From the NCBI GenBank assembly GCA_039589315.1, contig JBDHHQ010000036.1, positions 1 to 64,000 on the forward strand: a stretch of DNA of 64,000 nucleotides, written 5' to 3'. Source of the stretch: Gemmatimonadota bacterium (GTDB taxonomy: Bacteria; Gemmatimonadota; Gemmatimonadetes; Longimicrobiales; Gaopeijiaceae). Within the stretch, counting starts at the first letter, position 1; each line of letters starts with the position of its first letter. The notes under the pieces are model-generated. The model was not told where the DNA came from. It made no database searches and saw nothing but the letters and a program-made list of their open reading frames with translations. Position numbers and translations under genes: made by a program. This document shows positions 26,261 through 36,097 of this stretch, piece by piece.

Positions 26261-26893
26261 ATGGCCTTCGGTGAGGAGCGACCATTCCGCGAGCACCTGG
26301 TGGACCTCGAGGACCGGCTGGATGCCCGGATCAAGGGTCTCGAGAGTCAGAACCGGTCGCTGCGGCGCCTGTCGACCGCATTGACGGTCCTGATGGGTCT
26401 CGGCGTCATCACCGGCGTGGTGCACGTGATGAGCCCCGGTGCCCTCGATTTCGTGCGTCCTGCGGCCGGGGTCATCGAGGCCAACGGCTTCGTGTTACGA
26501 GACGGCGACGGAGCCGTCCGCGGACAGTGGATAGTGGAGGACGACGGCCGGGTCCGCCTCGGATTGAGCGACCTGACCGAAACACGTCGCATGAGCTTCT
26601 CGGTGCTCAGCGGAGGCTCGCCGGGGCTCGCCCTCTCCAACCGGGATGGGCAGACGCGGCTCGCCATCGGCGTGGGCTCGGACGAGTCGGCCAACCTGGT
26701 GTTCGCGGATCGGTCGGGCATGCCCCGGGCCGTCCTGGGACTGGCTTCGGACGAATCCGCTGGGCTGACCATCGCTGACGCCAGCGGCGCTCGGCGGGTC
26801 GAGCTGGGCGTGGATCGGGGTGGCTCGGCCACGGTACTGATGCCGGGAGCCCCGCCGGAGCCTGTGCCGGAGGAGGGGAACGAGAACCGGTAG
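26261..26893 (+). CDS. Hypothetical protein: coiled coil, one TM helix, about five 23-aa beta repeats
   Basis: AAGGAG RBS; repeats of type L.l.D.sG..R..lgv..dg. Confidence 0.75.
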   Translation: MAFGEERPFREHLVDLEDRLDARIKGLESQNRSLRRLSTALTVLMGLGVITGVVHVMSPGALDFVRPAAGVIEANGFVLRDGDGAVRGQWIVEDDGRVRLGLSDLTETRRMSFSVLSGGSPGLALSNRDGQTRLAIGVGSDESANLVFADRSGMPRAVLGLASDESAGLTIADASGARRVELGVDRGGSATVLMPGAPPEPVPEEGNENR

Positions 26894-26918
26894 GACGCGG
26901 TCTTGCTTCCAAATCTCT

Positions 26919-26958
26919 CCGAGGCCCGCTGGAACGTCCGGCGGGCCTCGGTCATTTT
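26919..26958 (+). terminator. Probable intrinsic terminator of the tad operon
   Basis: 15-bp stem CCGAGGCCCGCTGGA / TCCGGCGGGCCTCGG followed by TCATTTT. Confidence 0.55.
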
Positions 26959-27028
26959 CCATCCGCCGCCCGCCGGCGAGCTTGACGACCTCACCTCGGG
27001 GCTGGACGTTTGGCGGACGTAGTCCCAG

Positions 27029-27904
27029 GTGAACACCGGAGCGCCCATGATCCGTCCTCAGGGGAGTGTTTCCCAGATCCGCGTGACCCGCTACCGAGAC
27101 CGTGCCTCGCGCGTGAGGAAAGACGTGGTGGCGGTCGAGGAGCCCCTCGAGATTCGACTGATCGAGACCGGACCCCAAGGACCGGAGCGCCACGAGGTCG
27201 CGGTCACGATGCGAACCCCAGGAGACGACTTCGCGCTGACGGCGGGCTTCTTGTTCACGGAGGGCATCCTGAAGGACCGGGCGGAGGTGGCCGAGCTCAG
27301 CTACTGCCGCGGGGACGAGCCACAGCAGTACAACATCGTGGAGGCGCGGCTGCGGGCGGGCGTCGCCGTCGATCCAGCTCTGCTGACGCGGAACTTCTAC
27401 ACCAGCTCCAGCTGCGGCGTGTGCGGCAAGGCGTCCCTCGAGGCCGTGGAGGTCCGGGGCTGCAACACGCTGGCGGGCGACCCGGTCCAGGTGGCGGAGG
27501 CGATCATCCGGTCTCTCCCCGAGGCGCTCCAGCAGGGACAGCGGGTGTTCGACCGGACCGGTGGGCTGCACGCTGCCGGGCTCTTCGCCCCGGACGGAAC
27601 GGTGATCTCGGTGAAGGAGGACGTCGGGCGCCACAACGCGGTGGACAAGGTGGTGGGCGAGTCGTTTCTGGCTGACGGACTCCCCCTGTCGGGACACGTG
27701 CTCACGGTAAGCGGTCGAACCTCCTTCGAGATCATGCAAAAGGCCCTGGCCGCGGGGATCCCCATGGTGGTCGCCGTGGGGGCACCGTCGAGCCTGGCGG
27801 TGGACCTGGCGAGCCAGTTCGGCATGACCCTGGTGGGCTTTGCCAAGCCGCATGGGTTCAACGTCTACGCCGGCGCCCACCGCGTCGTCGACGGGGGTAC
27901 GTGA
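27029..27904 (+). CDS. fdhD: Formate dehydrogenase accessory sulfurtransferase FdhD
   Basis: VEEPLEIR, TMRTPG.D, SSSCGVCG, TGGLHAA, EDVGRHNAVDK. Confidence 0.95.
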   Translation: MNTGAPMIRPQGSVSQIRVTRYRDRASRVRKDVVAVEEPLEIRLIETGPQGPERHEVAVTMRTPGDDFALTAGFLFTEGILKDRAEVAELSYCRGDEPQQYNIVEARLRAGVAVDPALLTRNFYTSSSCGVCGKASLEAVEVRGCNTLAGDPVQVAEAIIRSLPEALQQGQRVFDRTGGLHAAGLFAPDGTVISVKEDVGRHNAVDKVVGESFLADGLPLSGHVLTVSGRTSFEIMQKALAAGIPMVVAVGAPSSLAVDLASQFGMTLVGFAKPHGFNVYAGAHRVVDGGT

Positions 27905-28560
27905 GCGAGGAACGCGATCCACAGCCGGGGGCCCGGCGGGACCTTCTGGGATGCGTGCTGGCAGGGGGGCGCAGCGCTCGCTTCGGCGCTTCCAAGGCCC
28001 GGGCGAGGCTGGAGGGTCGCGGGCTGGCGGCCTGGAGCCGGGCCGCCCTGGCCCGGGTGCTGACCCGGGTCGTCCTCGTCGGCGGAGACGCAGAGCTGGC
28101 CCGGGAGTTGGGTGTCGAGGACCGCCCGGATCGTGAGCCGGGGCAGGGCCCGCTCGGCGGATTGGCCACCGCCTTGCACTGGGCAAGGGACGAAGAGCGG
28201 GCCGGGGTCCTGGTGCTGGCCTGTGACCTGCCCCTCGTGCCGGCCGGGCTTCTCAGAGGACTCCTGGAGCGATGGGACGGCCGTCACGCCATCGTGCCCG
28301 AGAGCCGGGGGCCGTTGGGCCTGGAGCCGCTGTGCGCCGCCTACCCGGTGGCGTTGCTCGGCGTCGTGGACGAGTCCCTGGAGTCGGGACGCCGCTCCAT
28401 GGCGGAGCTGGTCCGGGTGATCCCACTCGACGTCGTGCCTCTGGCGAGCTTCGCGAACCTGGGTGAGCCCGAGGAGCTGTTCCTGAACGTCAATCGGCCC
28501 GAGGACCTGGAGCGAGCCAGACAGGTCGTCGCCGGGGAAGAGGGATCCCACGATGGCTGA
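27901..28560 (+). CDS. mobA: Molybdenum cofactor guanylyltransferase
   Basis: LAGGRSARFG..K, GPLGGL, LACDLP, EPLCAAY, NVNRPED. Confidence 0.93.
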   Translation: MSEERDPQPGARRDLLGCVLAGGRSARFGASKARARLEGRGLAAWSRAALARVLTRVVLVGGDAELARELGVEDRPDREPGQGPLGGLATALHWARDEERAGVLVLACDLPLVPAGLLRGLLERWDGRHAIVPESRGPLGLEPLCAAYPVALLGVVDESLESGRRSMAELVRVIPLDVVPLASFANLGEPEELFLNVNRPEDLERARQVVAGEEGSHDG

Positions 28561-29119
28561 AGGCGGACCCTTCGTCGTGTGCGTCATCGGGAAAAAGAAC
28601 AGCGGCAAGACCACCCTCACCGTCGCCCTCGTCGCGGAGCTCGTGGCCCGGGGCCACCGGGTCATGACCGTGAAGCACGGTCACGGCTTCGACCTGGATA
28701 CGCCCGGTACGGACTCCTGGCGGCACAGGCACGAGGGCGGCGCGGCGAGGGTGGTGATGGCAGGTCCGAACGACGTGGCCGTGGTCGGCGAATGGGACGC
28801 GGAAGGAGAGCCGGGGCTGGGCGCGATCGTTCGACGCTTCCTCCCGGACGCCGACGTGGTGGTGGCCGAAGGGTACAAGGCGGAAGCGTTGCCCAAGATC
28901 GAGGTCTTCCGGCAAGCAGCGCACGCAGACCCGGTCTACGACGGGAATCACCCGTTCGCAGGGAGCTTCCTCGCCATCGCGACCGACGTCGACGGCTTCG
29001 AGGCCGACGTTCCGGTGTTCGCCCTCGAGGCGCCGGACCTGGTACCTAGGCTGGCCGATCTGGTAGAGGTTCGACTGAGCCACCCTCGGCCTGAGCCACC
29101 GCCATCCGGACGCGGATGA
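28553..29119 (+). CDS. mobB: Molybdopterin-guanine dinucleotide biosynthesis protein B
   Basis: GKKNSGKTT, VKH.H.FD.D.PG.DSWRH, EGYK. Confidence 0.93.
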   Translation: MAEGGPFVVCVIGKKNSGKTTLTVALVAELVARGHRVMTVKHGHGFDLDTPGTDSWRHRHEGGAARVVMAGPNDVAVVGEWDAEGEPGLGAIVRRFLPDADVVVAEGYKAEALPKIEVFRQAAHADPVYDGNHPFAGSFLAIATDVDGFEADVPVFALEAPDLVPRLADLVEVRLSHPRPEPPPSGRG

Positions 29120-31793
29120 GGGTGTCCGGCGTCACGGATATGGAGGTGATCCCGCAACCGACCAGAAACGGGGGCACCTCCTCCGGATGATCGGAGGGGG
29201 CTTGTCCGCAAATGCCGATCTCGAGCCCGTGACGGTTGAACGCGTCGACCGCCATGCGGATCATGGACTTGACCGCCGGCGACCGAGCGTCCACCGGATG
29301 GGCGTAGTGCTCCAGATCGTCCCGGGAGACGGCATAGACGGTCTGGACCAGGTCGTTGGACCCGATGGAGCCGCCGGACAGTTTCATGGCCCCGATGAAC
29401 CGATCGGCGTCCAGGACGTTGGAGGGAACCTCGACCATCAGGAACAGGGGTACGCCGGCCTCGGGCGAGAGGCCGAAGCCGTCCAGGAGCCGGACCACCT
29501 CCTGCCCCTCCTCGGGCGAGCGGCAGAAGGGGATCATGAGCTGGAGGTTGTCGAGACCGATCTGCTGTCGCACGAAACGAAGGGCCTCGCATTCCATCTC
29601 CGACGCCGGCCGGAACCGGGGGTCGATGTACCGTGAGGCACCCCGAAGGGCGATCATGGGGTTCTCCTCGTCCGGCTCGAAGAGGCGGCCGCCGAGCAGG
29701 TCCCTGTACTCGTTGGACTTGAGGTCACCCAGCCGGACGAGGACCGGACGGGGGTAGAACGCCGCACAGATCAGCGCGACGCCGTACTTGAGCTGATCGA
29801 CGAAGAACTCTCGGCGGTCCGCGTACCCGGCGGTCCTCCGCTCGATGGCACCGACCAGCGTGCGGAGCTCGTGGGGATCTTCCGCCCGGAGCCGCGCCTC
29901 GAACGGCGCGAGTCCTCCGGCCATCTCACCGGACTCGATGAATGCCCGGAGCTCGTCGTAGTAGAGAAGCGCCAGGGGGTGGATCCCCACCTCGGCCGTG
30001 AGGATGAACTCGAGCCGGGCGAGGCCGACGCCGTCCGACGGTAGGGTGGCGTCGTGCAGGGCCTTGTCGGGGAATCCCACGTTGAGCTTCACGGCCGTGT
30101 CGAGATCCGGTAGCCGCCCCACCTCCACGCGTTCGACCTCGAAGGAGTGCTTCCCCTCGTACACGTAGCCCGTGTCGCCCTCGGCGCACGAGCCGGTGAC
30201 TTCGGTCAAGGGCTTGAGCAGCTGCGTGGCTCCCTCGCATCCGACGATGGCCGGAATCCCGAACTCCCGGGCCACGATCGCGGCATGAGACGTGCGTCCC
30301 CCCCGCTCGGTGACCACCAGCGAGGCTTCCTTCATCATGGGCTCCCAGTCGGGAGTGGTCATCTCCGTGACCAGCACGTCACCGGGGTCGAAGACGCGCT
30401 CGGCGGTGGGAATGTCCTCGAGCTTCCGGCCCGCGCGGAGCATGTTCCGCAGGACCCGCTTCCGCACGATCACCTCTTCGTAGTCCTCATAGACGCGGAC
30501 GCGTCCCGCGCCGATGCGTGTGCCGACGGCGGCCCCCGTCGCCAGGACCTTGCCCCAGGCCTTCAGGTCCGCCACCAGCTCGGGGGCCATGACGTACGTC
30601 TCGAGGACGCTGCCGCTGGCGTCGTTGGAGTGCACGGTCTCCGGTCGAGCCTGTACGATGAACAGGTCGCCCGAATAGCCGTCCTTGGCCCACTCGATGT
30701 CCATGGGCTGCCCATAGTGCTCTTCAATCACCAGAGCCATGCGCCCCAGCTCCAGCGCCTCCTCGCGGGTGAGGGACCACTTGCGCCGGTGGGCCGCCTC
30801 GACGTCGACGCTCTCGGTGGCCGTGCCCCCCTGCATGGCGTAGACGAGCTTGCGGTCCTTGGCACCCAGCGTGCGATGGACGACGGCGTTGCGCCCCTGC
30901 CGGAGCCCTTCCTTCCAGATCACGAAGGTGTCGGGCGACACGCTCCCCTGGACCACGAGCTCGCCCAGCCCGTAGGCCGACGTGACGTGCACCACGTTGG
31001 AGTTGCCGGAATCGGGGTCCAGGGTAAACATGACGCCCGAGGTGGCGATGTCGGATCGAACCATCTTCATGACCACCACGGACAGGGCCCCATCCAGCGG
31101 ATCCATGCCCTTGCTCAGCTGATAGGACACGGCGCGCTCGGTGAAGGCGCTGGCGCAGCAGCGCTTCCAGGTGTCCAGGATCTCCCCGAGCCCGCGGATG
31201 TTCAGATACGACTCGTACTGACCCGCGAAGGAGGCCATGGCCGAATCCTCCCGCGTGGCGGACGATCGCACGGCCGCGTCCACCTCCCGGCCGTACTCCT
31301 CACACAGGTCCTCGTAGCCGCGGGCGAGGCCTTCGCGCACTGCCGCCGGCACCGGGGTGGCCAGGACGAAGGCTCGAGCCAGCGCCGTGCGGGCGTGCAT
31401 GTCCAGGTGGTCGCCGGTGGGCGCGTCGGCGAACAGGATGGTCAGACACTCCCTCAAGCTCCGCCCACGGGCGGCTTCCGCCTTCAGGCCCCGCATGTGG
31501 TCCTCCACGTCCACGTGGGTCCATTGGTCCGGTGCCTGCGGTTCTTCGAGGAACGCATGGTAGGCCGTGGCGCTCGTGGCGAAGCCGTTGGGCACGTGCA
31601 CCCCTTTGGGCACGAGCTGCTGGTACATCTCGCCGAGTGAGGCGGCCTTGCCACCCACGCGGGCCGTATCGGCCCTGCCGATCTCCGAGAACCAGAGGAT
31701 CACCGGGTCGCCGGGGTCCTTCACGGCCAAGCGCTGCGCCGGGGCCTCGGTCCTGGAGAGGGGATCGCCGAAGATTGGCGGGGAATCGCTCAT
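29046..31793 (-). CDS. ppsA: Phosphoenolpyruvate synthase (pyruvate, water dikinase)
   Basis: VGGKAASLGEM, AVRSSAT.ED...SFAGQ, DIEWA, GGRTSHAAI (phospho-His), GVGLARLEF, GICGQAPSD. Confidence 0.95.
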   Translation of the reverse strand: MSDSPPIFGDPLSRTEAPAQRLAVKDPGDPVILWFSEIGRADTARVGGKAASLGEMYQQLVPKGVHVPNGFATSATAYHAFLEEPQAPDQWTHVDVEDHMRGLKAEAARGRSLRECLTILFADAPTGDHLDMHARTALARAFVLATPVPAAVREGLARGYEDLCEEYGREVDAAVRSSATREDSAMASFAGQYESYLNIRGLGEILDTWKRCCASAFTERAVSYQLSKGMDPLDGALSVVVMKMVRSDIATSGVMFTLDPDSGNSNVVHVTSAYGLGELVVQGSVSPDTFVIWKEGLRQGRNAVVHRTLGAKDRKLVYAMQGGTATESVDVEAAHRRKWSLTREEALELGRMALVIEEHYGQPMDIEWAKDGYSGDLFIVQARPETVHSNDASGSVLETYVMAPELVADLKAWGKVLATGAAVGTRIGAGRVRVYEDYEEVIVRKRVLRNMLRAGRKLEDIPTAERVFDPGDVLVTEMTTPDWEPMMKEASLVVTERGGRTSHAAIVAREFGIPAIVGCEGATQLLKPLTEVTGSCAEGDTGYVYEGKHSFEVERVEVGRLPDLDTAVKLNVGFPDKALHDATLPSDGVGLARLEFILTAEVGIHPLALLYYDELRAFIESGEMAGGLAPFEARLRAEDPHELRTLVGAIERRTAGYADRREFFVDQLKYGVALICAAFYPRPVLVRLGDLKSNEYRDLLGGRLFEPDEENPMIALRGASRYIDPRFRPASEMECEALRFVRQQIGLDNLQLMIPFCRSPEEGQEVVRLLDGFGLSPEAGVPLFLMVEVPSNVLDADRFIGAMKLSGGSIGSNDLVQTVYAVSRDDLEHYAHPVDARSPAVKSMIRMAVDAFNRHGLEIGICGQAPSDHPEEVPPFLVGCGITSISVTPDTLIRVRMAVAQAEGGSVEPLPDRPA

Positions 31794-32051
31794 GAGTGTC
31801 TGCTCCGGAGGACAATCGCGCGGGCGGGGCGCCCGTCGGCGCGGCCGCCGCTGGGTAACGGCCGCAAAGGGGTCGGGCTTGCGGTCGGATTGGCCGCTCC
31901 CGGTGGCGTTACGCGGGGCTTCGAGGGGGGCACGCTGGTCACGCCGTGTGGACCGTCTCGCTATTCGGGATGGTACGGGTATAGGTAGCTTCCCAATAGT
32001 AACGCGACGTCAAGGTGTGACGTCGTCTTCTTCGCAGCGCGGCTGGGACAG

Positions 32052-33932
32052 GTGGACGGACACGCGAAGGGCCCCACGAGCGAGACGATGGCTTGGGGCC
32101 CGGGAACGGGCAGGGAGCGGCGCAGGCCGGGCCGCCGTGGGCGCCCAGGCGCCGCGGCGTCCCGGAACGCGTGGTTCGCGATTCTGTTCGTCGGGGGGTC
32201 GCTGGTGGCTCTGGCCGTGGCACCGCTGGTGGCCGCCCGGCAGACCCGCGAGATCCGCGCCGAGATCGCCGGCGTTCTGGACCCCACCCGGTCGGCGGTC
32301 GCCGAGTTGGAGTCGGTTCTCGCCCGTCAGATGGTGGCGCTCCAGGCCTACCTCCTTTCGGGCGAAGCCCGATTCCGGCAAGCGTACTTCCAGGCCCTGG
32401 GGGAGAACGACGAGCTCCAGGCGCGTCTCAGCGAGCTCGCCAGGTTGGAGGTGTTGGACCTCGGGGATCTCCAGTCCGACGTCTACACGCTGTCCTTCCA
32501 ATGGCACGATCATCACGCCGCGGCGCTGAACGGCCTCATCCCCCGTACCATGTACATGAGCAGCCTCCCCGACAATCAGGCCCGCTACGAGCGGGTGCTG
32601 CGGGCGACCATGGTCCTGGACGAGGCGGTCGCGAGGGAGGTTCGGCGTGGCCAGGCACGCATGGAGGAGGCCACCGACCGCCAGCTGAGGATCACCATCG
32701 GCTTGGTGGGCCTCGCGCTGTTGGCCACGCTCGTGGTCGCGGTGCTCGCGCGGCTGCTGCGCGGCCTGGTGGTGGAGGCCGACGTCCGGAGGGGTGAAGC
32801 CGTCCGGGTACGGCGGGAGATCGACGCGGTGTTGGAGGCGACGGGCGAGGGCGTGCTGGGGGTCGATCTGGACGGTCGCTGCACGTTCCTGAACCGAGCG
32901 GGCGGCGACCTCCTGGGCGTAGCGCCGCGGGGCGCCCTTGGACGCGACCTCCATGATCTGGTGCACGGCGGACCCGAGGGTTTGCGGTGCGATCCGGAGG
33001 ACTGCCCGGTCCCGCCGCTGTTGGCAGGCCGTGAGCCCACGCGCCTGCTCCGTGGACACTTCTGGCGGCACGACGGCACGTCCTTTCCCGTGCAGTTGGA
33101 GGCGAGGCCCATGCTGGACGGACGGCGCCTGAAGGGCGCCGTGTTGACGTTCATCGACCTGACGGACGTGCGCAGGGCCGAGCGGGCTCTCCGGCAGGCG
33201 GTTGCGGGCAGGGACGAGATGGTCGCGGTGGTCTCACACGACCTGCGGGGGCCGGTGGGCACCATCAACTCGGCCGCTCAGCTCCTCTTGGACGTGCCCA
33301 TGCCGGCGGAGCAATGGCGGGACCACGTGAGGGCCATCGAGCGGTCCTCGGGACGGCTGGGTGGCTTGATCAAGGCCCTGCTGGACGTCGCCCGCATCGA
33401 GGCCGGTGTCCTCTCGGTGTTCGGGAGACCCTACCCGGTGGAGGCCCTCGTGGACGAGGCCGTGGGCCTCGCCCGGGTCAACGCCGGGCAGCAGGGTGTC
33501 ACGATCGACCGGGCCGAGTCCGAGGCCACGCTACCGCTCGTCCTTGCCGACCGGCCCCGGGTCCTGCAGGTCTTCGCCAATCTGCTGGACAACGCCATCA
33601 GGCACTCTCCGGAGGGCGGTCGGGTGGTCGTGGGGGCCGAGCCGAACGGCGCGGAGGTCGTGATCTCCGTGCGCGACCACGGATCCGGAATCCCCAGGGA
33701 CCAGTTGACCAGGGTCTTCGACCGATTCCGTCAGCTGGAGGGCGGCGGGCGCACGGGTGCGGGTCTGGGCCTGGCCATCGTCAAGGGCGTGGTGGAGGCT
33801 CACGGCGGGCGGGCGTGGGTGGAGAGTCGGACCGACGAGGGCAGCACCTTCCTCTTCACGCTGCCGGTGGCCGAGGAGGGCGCGGCGGCGGAGAGGTCGG
33901 TGTCCGGCGGCGGTCAGGGGCTCCCTGCTTAG
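32052..33932 (+). CDS. PAS-domain sensor histidine kinase (2 TM with helical periplasmic sensor)
   Basis: PAS (G.CTFLN, DGTSFPV), VSHDLRGP, NLLDNAI, DHGSGI, GAGLGL; start uncertain. Confidence 0.92.
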   Translation: MDGHAKGPTSETMAWGPGTGRERRRPGRRGRPGAAASRNAWFAILFVGGSLVALAVAPLVAARQTREIRAEIAGVLDPTRSAVAELESVLARQMVALQAYLLSGEARFRQAYFQALGENDELQARLSELARLEVLDLGDLQSDVYTLSFQWHDHHAAALNGLIPRTMYMSSLPDNQARYERVLRATMVLDEAVAREVRRGQARMEEATDRQLRITIGLVGLALLATLVVAVLARLLRGLVVEADVRRGEAVRVRREIDAVLEATGEGVLGVDLDGRCTFLNRAGGDLLGVAPRGALGRDLHDLVHGGPEGLRCDPEDCPVPPLLAGREPTRLLRGHFWRHDGTSFPVQLEARPMLDGRRLKGAVLTFIDLTDVRRAERALRQAVAGRDEMVAVVSHDLRGPVGTINSAAQLLLDVPMPAEQWRDHVRAIERSSGRLGGLIKALLDVARIEAGVLSVFGRPYPVEALVDEAVGLARVNAGQQGVTIDRAESEATLPLVLADRPRVLQVFANLLDNAIRHSPEGGRVVVGAEPNGAEVVISVRDHGSGIPRDQLTRVFDRFRQLEGGGRTGAGLGLAIVKGVVEAHGGRAWVESRTDEGSTFLFTLPVAEEGAAAERSVSGGGQGLPA

Positions 33933-33954
33933 TGCGGTGTTCTGCAGCACGACA

Positions 33955-35037
33955 CTAGAAGTCCAACCCCTCGCAGGCGTTCCGAACGATGGACGCGTAG
34001 TCTGGCACGAGGGACAGGCTCACGGCATCGCCCCGATCGTACGCCCGGTTCGAGGCGAGGTGCACCGAGAGCGTGCGGGCTCCACCCTGGGCCGTGGGTA
34101 CGCTGACCAGCGCCTCCACGTTCGAGCCGGTGTAGGTCGTACCGACGATCGTGCCTCGCAGCGACCCGTGCTCGACCGTTTCGAAGCCTTCGGGCCGGAC
34201 GGCGACCATGACGGGCGTGCCGTCGGCCAGGCCGGTCCTGTCCACACTGCAGAACGTGCCGAAGTCGGTGAGCACACACCCGCCGGGGCTCTGGACCACG
34301 CCCTGCAGCAGGTTCGTCCGACCTACGAACGTGGCCACGAAGACCGATGCCGGATGGCGGTAGATCTCCCGCGGGGTCCCCACCTGCTCGACCTTGCCCT
34401 GGTTCATGACCGCGACCCGGTCGGAGATGGCCAGCGCGTCGCGCTGGTCGTGGCTGACGAACACGCATGTCATGCCAGAGTTGCGAAGGATCGCTACCAC
34501 CTCGTCCCGCACATTGTCTCTGAGGTGCGAGTCCAGGTTGCTGAACGGCTCGTCGAGCAGCACCACGACCGGCTCGGGGGCGATGGCCCGCGCCAGCGCG
34601 ACCCGTTGCTGCTGACCGCCGGAGAGCTCGTGGGGGTACCGGTCGGCATGACGAGGCAGCCCGAGGCTGGCCAGGACCTCTTGCGCCCGTACGGACCGGC
34701 GGGACCGGGACAGCCGCTGGAGGCCGAACGCCACGTTCTGGCCCACCGTCAGGTGAGGAAAGAGCCCATAGTCCTGAAAGACCATGCCCACGCCCCGCCG
34801 TTCCGGAGGGACCCAACGCCCGTTTCCCGCGACGGACTCGCCCCGAATCCACACCCGGCCCTCGTCGGGCGCCTCGAAGCCGGCGACGGTGCGCAGCGCC
34901 GTGGTCTTCCCGCATCCGCTCGGTCCCAGAAGCGTGAGAATCTCACCTTGGTGGACTTCCAGGTCGAAGCCCGCCAAGGCCGCCACCGGGCCCGGCCAGT
35001 AGAGCTTTCGCACTCCCTCGAGGGAGATCACCGACAT
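33955..35037 (-). CDS. ABC transporter ATP-binding protein (FbpC/PotA-like, TOBE domain)
   Basis: GPSGCGKTT, VFQDY, LSGGQQQR, LLDEPFSNLD. Confidence 0.93.
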   Translation of the reverse strand: MSVISLEGVRKLYWPGPVAALAGFDLEVHQGEILTLLGPSGCGKTTALRTVAGFEAPDEGRVWIRGESVAGNGRWVPPERRGVGMVFQDYGLFPHLTVGQNVAFGLQRLSRSRRSVRAQEVLASLGLPRHADRYPHELSGGQQQRVALARAIAPEPVVVLLDEPFSNLDSHLRDNVRDEVVAILRNSGMTCVFVSHDQRDALAISDRVAVMNQGKVEQVGTPREIYRHPASVFVATFVGRTNLLQGVVQSPGGCVLTDFGTFCSVDRTGLADGTPVMVAVRPEGFETVEHGSLRGTIVGTTYTGSNVEALVSVPTAQGGARTLSVHLASNRAYDRGDAVSLSLVPDYASIVRNACEGLDF

Positions 35038-35295
35038 CGAATTGCCCCTGGTGCAGATCTTCGCCGAAGCGGATGAGTCTGTAACGGATACACCGAGGTG
35101 CCGCTGCGGGTCACGTGCCGGAGCGGTCCGACAACCAAGATAACCCCGTTCCCAGCGGCGGCGGGCTGGTGTGGGGCGATCTCCGGGGGTGAGCGACGCG
35201 AGGCCCGTCCCTCCGCTACGCGGGTCGGCGAATCCAGCGGCTCGCGTCCCTGCCCGGGGTCACGCTGGCCGCGGGCCGCGAGAACCGAGTGGCGA

Positions 35296-35999
35296 CTAGC
35301 GGCTCGAGCTCCAGGCCACCAGCCGCTCCACCTCGTTCGTCGTGAAGCGGGTCACCCCCATGCTGAGCAGGCGCTCGGCGGTCTCGGTCTCGTTCACGGT
35401 CCACGCCCCGATTGCCACGCCCTCGTCTACGAGGGGAATGCCCTGCCGTGACCACGGGCCCGGCTCCGCGCGTCGTCCATCTGGTCCGCAGCGTCGACGA
35501 TGAAACCGATGGGGTGATCGGGCGCCTGACTCGAGACCCGCTCGAGCGTGATCCAGTGGAGGGAGATGAACACCGTCCGGTCCAGGTAACCGGACGACCG
35601 CGCCACGGATACGATCCTGTCCAGGTCCTCCATTTCGCGGTAGGCCTTGATCTCGCAGTAGATGCGCTGCACCTGTGGACCGATTCGCTCCAGGGCCTCG
35701 GCCAGGCTCGGGATCCGCTCGCCGGCGAAGTCAAGTGAGAACCAGCTTCCGGCGTCCAGGGCCTTGAGCTGGTCCAGCGTGCGCCGCCGGAGGGGGCCCA
35801 CACCGTTGGTTGTGCGCCCGAGGCGAATGTCGTGGAAGAGCACCGGCGTGCCGCAGGAGGCGATCTGAACGTCGAACTCCACCGCGCTCGCTCCGTACGT
35901 CACCGCCCGGTTCAGGGCTGCCAGGGTGTTCTCAGGGGCGACGGCCGAATAGCCGCGGTGTGCGATGATCTCGATGTTGCCGCTGCCGGAGCCGGCCAT
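35296..35999 (-). pseudogene. Glycerophosphodiester phosphodiesterase (GDPD), frameshifted near 35440
   Basis: IIAHRG..APENT, EFDV, HD, EIK in 35427-35999; the missing C-terminus (GVAIGAWTVNE...MGVTRFTTN) continues in another frame to a TAG at 35296. Confidence 0.8.
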
Positions 36000-36097
36000 A
36001 GGCGATGCTCAGCGGAGAGGGGATCCCGAGTGCGCGGAACTTCGGCTGTGGAGGTCCGGGCAGCAAGCGGGGTCCCTGCCGGGACCGGGTCGACCGG

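Noticed and set aside
26905..27030. Moco riboswitch upstream of fdhD-mobA-mobB
   Set aside because: Only a single hairpin is evident; the multi-stem Moco motif is not recognisable and a terminator explains it
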